Positions 39,124-51,030 are shown, numbered from the stretch's first letter. The stretch is DNA of 64,000 bases from Negaprion brevirostris (GCA_030324005.1 JARDVH010000059.1:61396053-61460052); one strand, 5' to 3'. Translations and numbers: made by a program. Notes: generated from the sequence alone by a model not told the origin.

Positions 39124-40000
39124 GGGGGCGATCTTAGCAAAAAAATTCTAAGTGCCGAACAAGTGTGAAAACGGGAGAGTTTCAGATCCATTTTTTTGAC
39201 AAGGCCACAAATAAAATCTTACGGCATTTAATGCAAAAAAGATACACAATCTGATTTCTGCCAGTAGGTGGATGTGGCTAAGCTCACCTGAAAGCTGGCT
39301 GCTCATACAAGAGGGCACAATCATGTATGTGCTGGACTCTCTATGCAACAGCGTCTGGATTTCGCCCGCCTACCCCCGCTCATGATCACTGGCCTCCCCA
39401 GCCGACTGGTCCCCATATACCCTGGATATTGCACCCCCACCACTCCTGGTCATTCGTTGCCTCCCCGGCCCAGCTGATCACCTCCCCCCAACTTGGCCCG
39501 GTCAACTACCTCCCACCTGACCCGGTCGATCGCCCCATCCCAGTCCAGCCTGGCCGATCACCCTCCCCCAGCACTGCCAAGGTGCCAAGCTGGCAATNNN
39601 NNNNNNNNNNNNNNNNNNNNNNNNNNNNNNNNNNNNNNNNNNNNNNNNNNNNNNNNNNNNNNNNNNNNNNNNNNNNNNNNNNNNNNNNNNNNNNNNNGTC
39701 GATCGCCCCATCCCCGTCCCGCCTGGCCGATCACCCTCCCCCAGCACGGCCAAGGTGCCAAGCTGGCAATATCAGGCAGGCACTGCCCTAGGAGCACTGC
39801 CCTTGACCACCAGAGGGGGCCTCATTGGCCTGCGGTCCTACCAGCAAAGTCATCATGCCAAGTCACGGGGGATCATACGTGTACCTCACCAGTGAGGACA
39901 TTCACAGGCAAGGCCACTAAGGCAAGTGAGCCCAGACGATTGCATCCTGAGCTCACTAATAATATTGAAATCAACATTTAAATCGATTTAAATACTATAA
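39124..40000. mobile_element. Harbinger-like MITE (left part)
   Basis: Left end GGGGGCGATCTTAGCAAAAAAATTCTAAGTGCCGAA is homologous to the left ends at 42580 and 52114. Confidence 0.65.
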
Positions 40001-40056
40001 TCAGCCTGTCCCAATGTAAAACTGTCGTTTCTCTTGACATTGATACTCTTGTGATT

Positions 40057-40090
40057 GTCCTGGTGTGTGCAAGTTGAAAAGCTTCATATC
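40057..40090 (+). ncRNA. Decayed minimal hammerhead relic (PLE family C)
   Basis: GTC-CTGGTGT-GTGCAAGTT-GAAAAGCTTC is homologous to 50969-51004. Confidence 0.45.
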
Positions 40091-40225
40091 TTTTTGTTCA
40101 GAGACACTCAAGTTCTGTAAACAATAAAACCAGAGCAATTAAGATTATTTGATTGGAAACAAGTCAATAAAGAGAGCAACATCATCGATTTGAACTGTTT
40201 CCTGATCCACCGGATTACATGTAAG

Positions 40226-40575
40226 ACAATAAGAAATAGGAACAGGATAGGCTGTTCGGCTCTTCAAGCCTGTTCCACCATTCAATAAGATCATGGCTGA
40301 TCCAACATTCCTCATGTCCACTTTCCTGTCCTTTCCTCATAACCCTTGATTGCCTTAGTGATCAAAAATCTATCTCACCCTTAAATATACACAAAGAGGG
40401 GAATTTTACCATCCTACCCACCATGGCAGTGGGGCGAGGGAGGTGGACCATGCAAAGGTCTGTTGACCTTGGGTGGGATTTTCTGGTTTTGAGGCGAGAA
40501 CATCTGGAAAATCCTGTCTAAAGACTCTGCCCCCATAGCTCTTTGTGACAAGAAGTTCCTAAGACTCAGAGCCCT
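40226..40575 (-). mobile_element. CR1 3' end interrupted by a short MITE (~40397-40520)
   Basis: Reversed CR1 3' UTR; AAAGA on both sides of an insert with GGGAATTTTACC / GGAAAATCCTG ends. Confidence 0.75.
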
Positions 40576-42579
40576 TAAGTATTAAAATTGCTTTAAACTG
40601 AGTTGCTTTGCAAGCTTGCCAATGACAGAGTAGTTAGTGATAACTCATACTCAATTAATAAATCCCAATTAACTACAACAACTTGCTTTTCCTTATTGCT
40701 CCTCATCCAATTTAACAAAGCAATTTAAGCAGAAAAAATTAAATGGCAAAAGTAGAAGAGAGAGGAGGGAGGGTTATGATGAGGCTGAACCTTAGGTTAA
40801 ACATGGTCCAAAAGAAGAAGGTTGTGGAGGTCTCTGAAAGCAGCAGTGGAAATGGTGACCAAAGAGAACACGACAGAGGAAAGAGGTGGATGAATGAACA
40901 GCCACTAATAATTGAGCGCTGAGTTCAAGGACAGAAAAAAACCTGGTGTTCAAAAATGGAGTTTGTGTATGGGAATACAAGTCTGAAGGAGATCTTTGGA
41001 GGAAAGCCTGGGGTGAGGCTATAGAGGGATTTAAGTTCTTGCAAAATGTTGTATTTTATGAGCGATCCTTTAAGTTACATTGCAAAACAAAGCGCAATAA
41101 TTATTTCACCATTTAAAATTTTCAGCCAAATGTACAAAGGGAAAAATATTTACAGAAACAGTCAGCAGGTGTTGCTTCCTAAAAGGATTACGTTTTGTAA
41201 AATGTGGTTNNNNNNNNNNNNNNNNNNNTTTGTGTATAATGAAAGACAGACAACAAAGAGGTAGGGCCTCAAGGTTCTAAGTGGAATCCAGCCAACAGGA
41301 AAAGAAAAGGCTGGTATTTCAGCCATTGTATTCACTCCTAAAGCACATTGCCAATTCATCTTCCAGCCCATTATATGAAATTTAATTTAACCTGCCATGC
41401 AATTAATTCAGATGTTCAGCTTATTTTTCTCATGGCAGAATCCCTCACACAATGCCTTATTTAAATATTAATCAGTCCTCTTTCAATTAGGACTAATTTG
41501 CTTCACAGGGTTTCTCTCATTTTATGATTGCAGGAAAATGGAGGTAACTTGCAGCATTTGAGCATAATTAACATGGTATTTTTATAATACTGATACATCA
41601 AATGGGACCCTAATGAACCCTGCTGATTTCATTTAGTAAAGCCTGCCTCAAAGTTATAATTAAGACCAAAGCAGCCACCATTTCCTTGGATTGCTACAGA
41701 AGAAAGTTGAAAATAGAATTTATGTATACCACATAACTCCCTTTCTTCAGGAACTTTACCAATTTATTCAGGGGTCCCAGAAGAACATTAGTCAAACACA
41801 GCCTCACAGCCTCCAGCATCAATCCGTTCCATTTATCTTCCTTTTGCAGCCATTCTAAATCAGGGCCATTTGTGGACAGAAAGCAGCGAATGATGGGGGA
41901 CAAAGACATTTCAAATGCAGTTCCATGCACTTAGATGTAAGTAAGACCCTATAGTACCTTATGAAGACCCACAAAAAAGGTGATCTCTGGAGCTATCAGC
42001 CCTTTGTACTATAAAGCAGGGAATCTCCAAAGTGCCTTGGAGGTGTCAGTATCATGTCTCTTACTGGCAATGATCCTGCAGTGTAAACATGCCATTAATG
42101 TTCTATACAAGTTTCCTGAATATTGATACTTATATAAATATTACTATATTATGCCAAACTATCTTCAAACATCATTTGGCATAGCAAAGGCAAAAATAAA
42201 TTGGTGATCATTTGCAAACTAATTTTTTCAGACTATGTTCCTCTGCTGGAGCACTATGCAAGTCAAAATTTATGACCTTCTGTCTAGAATCTGCCTTGTG
42301 TGCTTCCTAGGTAACCAATAACAGTCATGTGACTCCAGCAGTACAAGGTTCACGGAATAAAATGTCTAAAATAACCAGTAGCTGTCTAAACTAAAATAAG
42401 TTGAAAGAAACAACCAGCCTTTTCTCACAGAATAAGGGATATGCTTTTCCTGATGTATCTGATTAAAAAGAACTGGAATTATTTTTGCTGCCTCTGCTTT
42501 GGGCAATGTTACCAATACAAAAATAACAGGCTACTCTTTGCAACATGATGAATCTTCATGGAACTAATCTAGTTCAGAT

Positions 42580-43621
42580 AGATTCTCCCCAAAAAATCCA
42601 AGTGTTGAATTCACGTAAAAACTGGAGAAAATCCCACTGGTGTTTTCAGCAGCAGTTTCGAAATGAATCTCCTACACTCTATGCACTGAAGAGGGCACTA
42701 GTGTAAATCAGTCCAAAAAATCAGTGGACAGGGCCTATCCCCGCTGGAGAGGTTGGCAGCATAGTGCTGAGTGGGCCACTATGAATGTGCGATCTGTCAG
42801 TGCTGAGACTGGCGCATGCGCAGTACCCGGCGCTTCCAGCTTCCTGACTGCTGGCTAGCTCAATCGCTGTCTGGGCCAGGCTCCCCTACCCTGCCCCCAG
42901 TCCACCTCGATCTCCCCTGCCCTCCCCAGCCCCAATCGCCCCCACTGGCAGCCCCAATCACATCCCGCTCCACAATCTTGATCCTTACCCGCACTGTAGC
43001 CCCAATTCCGCAGCAAGCTGACCCCCCCACCCCGATAGCCAGCCTCCCACCCTTTGTCACTCAGCCCGAATGCAGAGTGGCAGCGTGATCCCCCATCCCC
43101 ACTGATCAGCCCCCAGAGGTCCGCCCCATTAGGCACTGCGCTATTAGGCCCAATGCTCAGATGGCAGTGCCAAGGTGCCCCTAGGCATTGGGGACTCTGT
43201 CCCTTGGGCAATGCCAGGGGGCCCAGGCTGGCAATGTAAGGGGCACCCCCCCAGTGCCCAACCCTCTGGGGGGGCCTTGATTGCGCCCCCCCCTCCTCAC
43301 TCTGGCCGGGTTAGACCACCAGCTCCCCATTAGTGGGGAGCTATTGTAAACCCCGCTGGAGTGAAACACTCCTGTCCGGTTGCAGGGGTGAGGGGAGATG
43401 CTAGTGGGCCCGGAGATTGCAGTCCTGGGCTCGCTAATAATATTTAAAATATATGGTAATAAACATTACCATAACTTATGCAGTTCCGCACCAATTTCTG
43501 GGCAGAGCTGAGGGCACTGGAAATCCAGCTGCTGGAGACTCAGGGAGGCCATGGTGCCCAGAGGGGAGCCTGCGAATCGGCCTCTGCTAGAGTCTCCTTG
43601 CCTGCTGCGTGACAAAAGCAG
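42580..43621. mobile_element. Harbinger-like MITE, left part (right end displaced to 47840-47877)
   Basis: Left end GATTCTCCCCAAAAAATCCAAGTG; strong similarity to 52114-52480; breaks at GTGACAAAAGCAG. Confidence 0.75.
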
Positions 43622-44633
43622 TCATGATGTGGAGATGCCGGCGTTGGACGGGGGTAAACACAGTAAAAAGTCTGACAACACCAGGTTTCAGTCCAACCGA
43701 TTTATTTGATAGTAAATTCAAATTGAATTTACTATCAAATTCAAATTGAATTTACTATCAAATAAATCAGTTGGACTGAAACCTGGTGTTGTCAGACTTT
43801 TTACATCATTAACATTCCCAGTGAAGACATTTGTAATGTATGGGAGCACACATTGGGAATTTGAGTCCAGGAATTTCCTCCTGAATTTCCAGTATCCAGT
43901 CCAGGCATGGGAAGTTCTGCACCTATTGAAATACCCAGCAGTGTTTTAAAGCAGTTGTGCTGCCAATGCATATTTCTAGTGTCTGAGTTACCAAATTTAA
44001 ATATGATGCTTCAGAAGAGAACACAGATCCTGTACATAGTTGCAATGTTGCAACTGGACCAATTGTGGGAGCTGTGATTGTAGCTTTCTACCCTAATTTC
44101 CTGGTAGTATGATATGTAAATACTAAAGGTTACTTATGATCTTGTAGCTGAGCTTGAATGAACTCAGAGGCAGAATCATAGGTTTGTTACAGTGCGGAAG
44201 GAAGGCTTATTCTGTATGCACCTTCTCTATAAATGAGACACCGGTCATTGAAATGCTGCATTAAACGTAATTATTAATAGTAATGATCAAGTTATTGATT
44301 TGCAAGTGCAAAATAGAAAGATTATTTTTGCTTTTAAGTTCTTCTTCACGCTTCTCTTAATTCATTGTAACACCTGCACTACTCCATCAATAAGACAAGC
44401 AAACAGTGAAACAGCACGTAGCTTCGGTGGAGAGTGGGATTGGCAGGCTGTTTCACCATGGGAGCCACCACATTACAAGTCCAGTTCTCTTTTCAGTCAT
44501 CATTCATGCACTATCTTTCCTAGCAGAAGGTACTGAGTAGCACTGATTCCTTTCTGTTCTTTAGTCTAGGAATGCTAAAGCCAAATGCAATAGATCGTTA
44601 ACTGTTGTAACAGATACATTGTTTTGCATTCAT

Positions 44634-45300
44634 TAAAGTAAAGTTTATTTATTAGTCACAAGTAAGCTTACATTCACACTGCAATGAAGTGACTGTNNNN
44701 NNNNNNNNNNNNNNNNNNNNNNNNNNNNNNNNNNNNNNNNNNNNNNNNNNNNNNNNNNNNNNNNNNNNNNNNNNNNNNNNNNNNNNNNNNNNNNNNCCTC
44801 TTCCACCATCCATCAGCTGAAACATCACCATCCATCATCTTAAACTTCTACCGCCTGTTTACTCTCTTATGCACCTAGTCTCAATCGCCCAATATGTCTG
44901 TACCCTCTGACCTGCACTACATTGGCTCATAAGTAGGCAACATGCACATTTTGAAATTCTCATCCTTGTTTTCAATCACCCCATGGTGACAGAGTCTTCT
45001 CAATCCCTGTCATCTGCTCTGTCTCACAGTCTCCCTGCATTCCTCCAATTCTGGTCTTGTGCCTCTCCAATTTTAATTACTCACAATTGATGGCTGTGTT
45101 TGCAACTGCCATAGGCCTTAAACCCCTCAGCTTCACTTTCCCCTTTTTCAGACATTCCTTAAATTCTGCATCCTTGATCAAGCTGTTGGTCATCTGACCT
45201 AAAATCTCCTTGGGCAGCTTAGTGTCAGCATCAACATCAACGTCAATGTCAAATTTTGTTTGATAAAACTCCTGTGAGGCACTTGACATGATTTTGCAGT
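44634..45300. mobile_element. SINE tail (minus), N gap, then L2 3' relic (plus)
   Basis: AAAGTTTATTTATTAGTCACAAG tail; L2 motifs ACATTGGCTC, TTTTGAAATTCTCATCCTTG, GGCCTTAAAC, CTCCTGTGAGGCACTT. Confidence 0.7.
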
Positions 45301-46167
45301 CATTAAAGGTGTTTATATTCATGCAGGTTTGTGCTGTACAAACAAGACTACATCTTGCATCTCTTAAACATGTTCAAGACACAGTGAGAGAAAGAGACTC
45401 AAACAGCTATGGCAGATTGTTAATGCTAAATGGTAGCAGCATATTCCACAAAGGAGTCGGTATCAGGTTCTAGGCTAGGCTGTTCAAAATCGAAAGGACC
45501 GCCTTGCTATACATGCTGTATTAGACAGCCCATCAGACTAAAAGACTCAACATGCGCTTTTAATGAGCACATATGCATTCATGTGAGACACTTGGGGTAT
45601 AGCTTACAAACCTTTTTCAATCAATATGTCATGTCAGGGACACCGATAGATCCATGTTAGTGAAATGGAAAATTCTTACTGCAGTGAACCCTTAACCCTT
45701 TTACAATGTTTGTGTAGTTTTATGCCTCTTATTATTATGTAACCATGGCTTCTTTGTCACAAAATCACTTCAGACTTTGACACAGATTGTACAGATGGTG
45801 AGGCTGAATGTAAATAGCCTGTCTTTAAATTATGACATTCAATCTTGAGGCCAATATGTCCATTTAGCAGCAAATGTTACTGCACTTTAAATGCAAACAG
45901 TATTTTTGACTATCTTACAATTATGTTGGCAATAATATCCCTGAAGTACTGAGTTGTCTCTTGTTATTTGTTTCCTCAGAGGTTGATTTGATTTGTTTCT
46001 TTTTAAGGGTAGTCATTGAACAGCCCGTTTCTTTTTCTTCTTCTTCTTCAATACACCGCCCAAAAGCAGATTGAACCAAAAGCATCATGACTGCCACCAC
46101 AGATAGGGCAAGGAGGCAGATCCTGAATCCACCCCACCCAAAGTGTTTGCAAGGGTTTATTGCCACA

Positions 46168-46322
46168 GTCTGAAAGACGTGTTGGTTCAGTGCATTGACC
46201 GTGCTAAATTTTCCCTCAGTGTACCCAAACAGGTGCCGGAATGTGGCCATGAGGGGATTTTCACAGTAACTTCATTGCAGTGTTAATGTAACCCTACTTG
46301 TGGTTAATAAATAAACTTTATA
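46168..46322 (+). mobile_element. HE1-type SINE 3' half
   Basis: TCTGAAAGACGTG..CAGTGTACCCAAACAGG..AATAAATAAACTTT. Confidence 0.85.
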
Positions 46323-46552
46323 AACAAAGCAGGGATTAAGTCCTGTTTTGTTGGCACCAGTCTGATCTGCACTGGCCATCCAGCCAAGTGGCTCTCCAGG
46401 CAGTCCATGTTGTTGTGGCAACATGCATTTTACATGCATGTTGTAGTCCAGAACCATGGATTGTGATGGTAAAGGCTTTAATTTTCTTTCCTTCACAAGG
46501 CCGGACAGGACTCCCTCACATTCTTACTACTTGCTATTGACACATGTTTAAA

Positions 46553-46682
46553 AGATTTACAGGTTGACACTCGGTCTGATTGACCGTGTTACGAACACAC
46601 CTTCCTTGACCATCAAGGCCTGAGTGGGACTCGAAACCTGGCTCAGAGGCAGGGACACTAACCATTGGGCCGCAAAATCTCC
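46553..46682 (-). mobile_element. Short tRNA-derived SINE (non-HE1)
   Basis: Minus strand reads GCGGCCCAATGGTTAG (A-box-like) .. GGTTTCGAGTCCC (B box). Confidence 0.65.
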
Positions 46683-47335
46683 AATAACCGTTACGTTGTG
46701 AGGTAAATCATTGCTGTAAAAATAGTCAAGCTAACCTTGTCCTTTTGTGTAAATTTGTTTTGACAATGTGATACCTCACACTGATTAAAACTTCCAACCT
46801 CATGGAGGAATGATTTTTTTTAAGAAAGGCAAAACTTCATTGACTCTAATGAATGTTTTTCTTCTCTTCTCGTCAGGTCAATCATTAACATGAACATTTT
46901 GTTGACTGCTACCAAACAAACTGACTTTTTTCCCTAGATTCGTAATTGGTCCAATATTATAAATAGCCTGACATTGTGCCAAGACGGAATGCACTTGTTC
47001 GTTAGTGTGGAGCAGCAATCAAAACCTTGTAGGACGCACTGCGAGATTCAGTCACGATTCCGCCTTCTTGTGCTTCAGTCAGATGGAAAGAAATTTGGCA
47101 GCGAGCTAAAAGTTCACCTTGCCTTGTCAGCATTTACCACATGAAAGCTACAGCTCAGGAAAAAAAAGGAACAGAGAATGACCAGCTGTGCCTCCCTGTC
47201 ATATCTGAGCACTGAGCTCATCATTCACTGGGCAATCGTTGGCTTTCTGCCTAAGTGCAGCCAAACATTATTAACCTTCACACTGAGGTAAGGTAATAAC
47301 AATATTTCTCCCTCCTTTTACTTGATGTGGGGCGT

Positions 47336-47364
47336 ACACACACACACACACATACACACACACA
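47336..47364. repeat. (CA)n microsatellite, interrupted
   Basis: Directly visible. Confidence 0.9.
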
Positions 47365-47839
47365 TGAGTGCTTCTTTATAATGCCTGGACTCACATCTAT
47401 GGCTCTACTGAAACCTTATCAACGGAAGAAGTATTCTTTAAAATTGAATGATTGCAGCTGCGCAAGGCAAATGCTCGTGCAGCTGACAGTTAAATAGGGG
47501 ATGATTTACAGCCAACGTGGCCTGAATAGATCTTATGTGGACTTAAGGCAAACTTACATTGTCTGACCCACCTTCGGGCATCATGGTGGACTGGGGAGGT
47601 GGGGGGGTGGGGAGGGGAAGTGGGGGGGACAGGTGAGGAAGGGCAAGGGGTCACAAGTTGCGTCTTTCGTTGCATAATCATTTCTTGGAGGATAAGTGAT
47701 AGCACATGTCAAGGTTCCAAAATCAGCTATGTGCAAATCCCAGACACTTCAACATCATTAGGGGCTAACCCGAAAACTAGTGAGTTTACTATCAAATAAA
47801 TCGGTTGGACTGAAACCTGGTTTTGTCAGACTTTTTACT

Positions 47840-47877
47840 GTGACAAAAGCAGCACAGTGGGATGTTAGAATCGCCCC
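47840..47877. mobile_element. Right terminus of the split MITE
   Basis: Ends AGAATCGCCCC, the reverse complement of the GGGGCGAT(T)CT left TIR seen at 39125. Confidence 0.7.
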
Positions 47878-48234
47878 AACATTTATTAAAAGTTTCCAGT
47901 TTTAAATTGAAAAAATGCATTTTTCTTCTGTAGTCAGATAATCTTCCTGCTCTACACATAAAATGAGAGAAAAAACAATGGGAAAAGTCAATTTTCCCTT
48001 CACTATATTAGCTTCCTACACAGCAAAGTAATGTCCTTTGAATCGCCCCACTGTTTCTACCTTTATAAAGTTATAAAGTTATAAAGAAAGTTTCTACCTT
48101 TATTATTCAAATGGTACATTTTTTTTCTTTTATGGGATTTGAGTGTCGCTGGCAAGCCCACCATTTGTTGTCCATTCCTAATGGCCTTTAAAGTCGGTGG
48201 CTTGCTATTTTAGAAAGCAGTTGAAAATCAACCA

Positions 48235-49278
48235 TGGGCAGAATCTTGTGCTATTGCTGGTGGCGAGTTTGGAGGTGGGTAGGACAGATGCTTAGGCAGA
48301 ATGGTGTCATATGCCACATTCCCACCTCTGTCCACATTAGGTTCTGGATGGGAAAGGTGCAGAGCTGACCTTTTCACCCCACCACTGATTGAGGCCCTTA
48401 AGTAGCCATTTAATGACCACCTGAGGGCCTCAACCCACAGTGGCTAGAATTTACACAGCTGCCGGGAGGCCTCTCACCATGCAATATGAATGAAGGCTGC
48501 TGCCCTGAGTACAGGATCCCACCGCTGGGCTGGAGTGGGGAGGCTGTCTCCACCAGAGACTGTCTGTGCCTCTCTGAGCAACTTAACATCTTGAATTTTA
48601 CTACCCCATCTGCCATGGAATCAGAGCAGGAGAGGGGAAGACAACAGAAATGTCCATTAACCCCAGGACAGATTTTACAGTTTCGGGATGAGCGAGGCCG
48701 TAGAATCCCACCCAACAATGGGAAAGGGGGCCCGCCAAGGGCCAACCCCTACCCTTGCTTCTGAACCCTCCACAACCTTCCCCGTAAGAGCTGCCCACCT
48801 TCTCTCCATCCCTCCATCACTTATATTTGTCCTGGGTCGCTCCACGATCCTGAGAGACCAGAAGACAGTCTCTGGACAGCTGCCACTTCTGAACCCTCTA
48901 CAACCCTCCCTGCAAGAGCTTCCCTCCTCCGTCCCTCCATCACTTACCTTTGTCCTGGGTCACCTCACGATCGTGGGAGAGCAGAGGGCATTTTCTGGAC
49001 AGCAGCCATGGTCTCTTTCCATAATGCTGCTGCTGAGCACAAAAGCTGGTGATCTGATTGGCTGGCAGCTCTCGCTAGGTGAGAATCCATCCCCATTCCA
49101 TCCCCCACCCACCCCCTTTCCCCTCAGGGTCCTGATTCCAGAGGGCCCACTGCTAGGCCTTACCACTGTTTGTTTGGCTTGTAGCTCAGGAAAACTTCTG
49201 GAAAAGAGGCAGTGTAAGTCTCTCGCCAGCTCTCCAGCCAGCAGGTGAGACCCCCGATGTCGTCACCTCTTACTAGCC
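48235..49278. mobile_element. Harbinger-like MITE with internal ~125-bp tandem duplication
   Basis: Left end GGGCAGAATCTT; units 48758-48885 and 48886-49008. Confidence 0.65.
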
Positions 49279-50565
49279 CAGTGATTTTAACACTACGCCT
49301 CTGCCTCTCCTCATTCTAATTATATTATAAAGAACATGTGTTACTTACTGGCACAGAATCTTCTACAAAAGTACGTAGTCGTTTAACAGTTCAATCATTA
49401 CTCTCCGTGGAGGACAAAGAGACATGACCAAGTAATTAAATGATTGGCAAAATCAGAATCTTGTAGATACATGAGCTAAAAAGCAGTGAGATTTATGGAC
49501 ATAAAAATTACTCTATTAATTTTATAAATTAAACAAAATATGGAGACATTTGGAAATGCTTTCTAATCTACAGGGTTTCAAGGGCTATGAGAACCAGGCA
49601 GGAGTGTGGAGTTGGGACTACAATCAGATCAGCAATGATCTTATCAAAATCAAATGACCTATTCTTGTTCCTATTTCTTATCTTCTTTTAAGAAACTATG
49701 ACCATCTACTTAATTCCAGTGGCACAACATATTATATATTCAAGCTGAGTGATCACATTAAAACGGATATAATTATATTAAAATTACACCTTCAGGTAGG
49801 AATGTATTCATTTAAATATATCAAGTTTGTAATTGAGTAAAAGCACCTCAAGTAAAGGCCTTGAGTTACTAGAAATAAACAACTAGTCTACAAATCAGTT
49901 CACAAATTTAGAAGTGAGGATGCTGTATCTGAAAGGAATTCAAATGGACAACACAAGATAGTTGCTAGAAAATTATTGACTAACAATATTCATTTCAATT
50001 TTTACAGTAATGTTTGCTGAGATGGGGGAAAATCAGTGCAAAGCCTTGCACAAAAATGAATTAAAATAAAACTTCGACCTACAAATCTATCAAGATCTCA
50101 AATCTTCTTTGATAGATCCTTAATTTGCACACTCCCCATGAAAGAATACATCAATTATAAATATTTTCATAATTCAAAACAGCATTTGTAAAGGAATGTA
50201 ACTATTTATTGAAGAGAGATATTGTTATATAACATATTTAATCTCTACTAGGAATGTATTTTGTTATTGAGATACCCCACTAATGATTCACACAGGAACT
50301 AAATCAAATAGTGACCCAAAGCATAGCCATACTCTAGTCTATGATAGACTAAAATGTTTTATTCTAACATTTAGACTTTGCAATATATTTTTTATCACCC
50401 ACACCCACAATGCATGCAATTTGTAAAATAAATACCAATTTTGTAACATAGCTTGCAGGAAATCTAACCATCATATAAACAGTTCAACAAAGAAATTGAT
50501 TTTGTAATTTGAAATGTCACACCTCAGTCAAAGCATGCCCTGAACAATCCACTCCGAACGATAAT

Positions 50566-51030
50566 CTGCTATTGATGCCACCATGCAAATGAATAATGTG
50601 GGATATGAATTTCAGTTCCAGTGCAATGCCAGGTACATAGGCTGTATATCCCAATGACTGCTGGATCATATCGACAGCAAGTCCCTTTGGCTGCTTGAAA
50701 TAGGCAGAGTACTAACCGTAACCAAACAGTCCAAGCTTGCAAAACTCAGAACATAAGGTGGGATTTTTCATGCGCCCCTGTCTTGTGGTGGTGGAAGCAG
50801 CCCACCATATTGTGACTAGAGAATCCCATCGGTGACAACGGCCAGAGGTTTCTGCTGAATTCTCCATGGCAACAACATGACAAATTGACATTGACTTGCC
50901 AGCCTATCAGCACTCTTTCTTTATGTAGCATGAGTTGTTGTTCCCTTTGAAATTTGGTATTCTTGCACCTGTTCTGGTGAGTGCGAGATGAAAAGCTTCA
51001 ACAGCATTTCTCTTTCTCAGCAACATTACT
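50566..51030 (+). mobile_element. Penelope-like element 3' relic: GIY-YIG endonuclease fragment plus pLTR
   Basis: From 50583 MQMNNVGYEFQFQCNARYIGCISQ*LLDHI fits the PLE motif NVVY.F.C.C...YIG.T...L..RI; hammerhead downstream. Confidence 0.8.
50969..51004 (+). ncRNA. Minimal type I hammerhead ribozyme (A6G variant)
   Basis: CTGTT-CTGGTGA-GT-GCGAG-AT-GAA-AAGCTT-C-AACAG: stem I CTGTT/AACAG, 2-bp stem II, palindromic stem III, UUC cleavage triplet. Confidence 0.75.

Larger units (their letters stand above)
43622..47839 (+). mobile_element. Composite insertion bounded by Penelope-like pLTRs with ~3.95 kb genomic cargo
   Basis: 13-bp direct repeat GTGACAAAAGCAG at 43609-43621 and 47840-47852; fold-back pLTR 43622-43804; direct pLTR 47761-47838. 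Confidence 0.75.

Noticed and set aside
39524-39770. ~73-bp direct repeat
   Set aside because: It flanks an N gap; probably an overlap or haplotype artefact.
41850-41936. 87-nt segment with strong acceptor and GTAAGT donor (plus strand)
   Set aside because: Stops in all three frames; no support as a coding exon.
38299-43369. Many Pro/Gly-rich ORFs of 60-160 aa
   Set aside because: They come from GC-rich MITE interiors and N runs.
49350-49363. 14-nt AG..GTAAGT segment (minus strand)
   Set aside because: Not frame-preserving and has a short pyrimidine tract; it illustrates the chance rate for microexon-like motifs.
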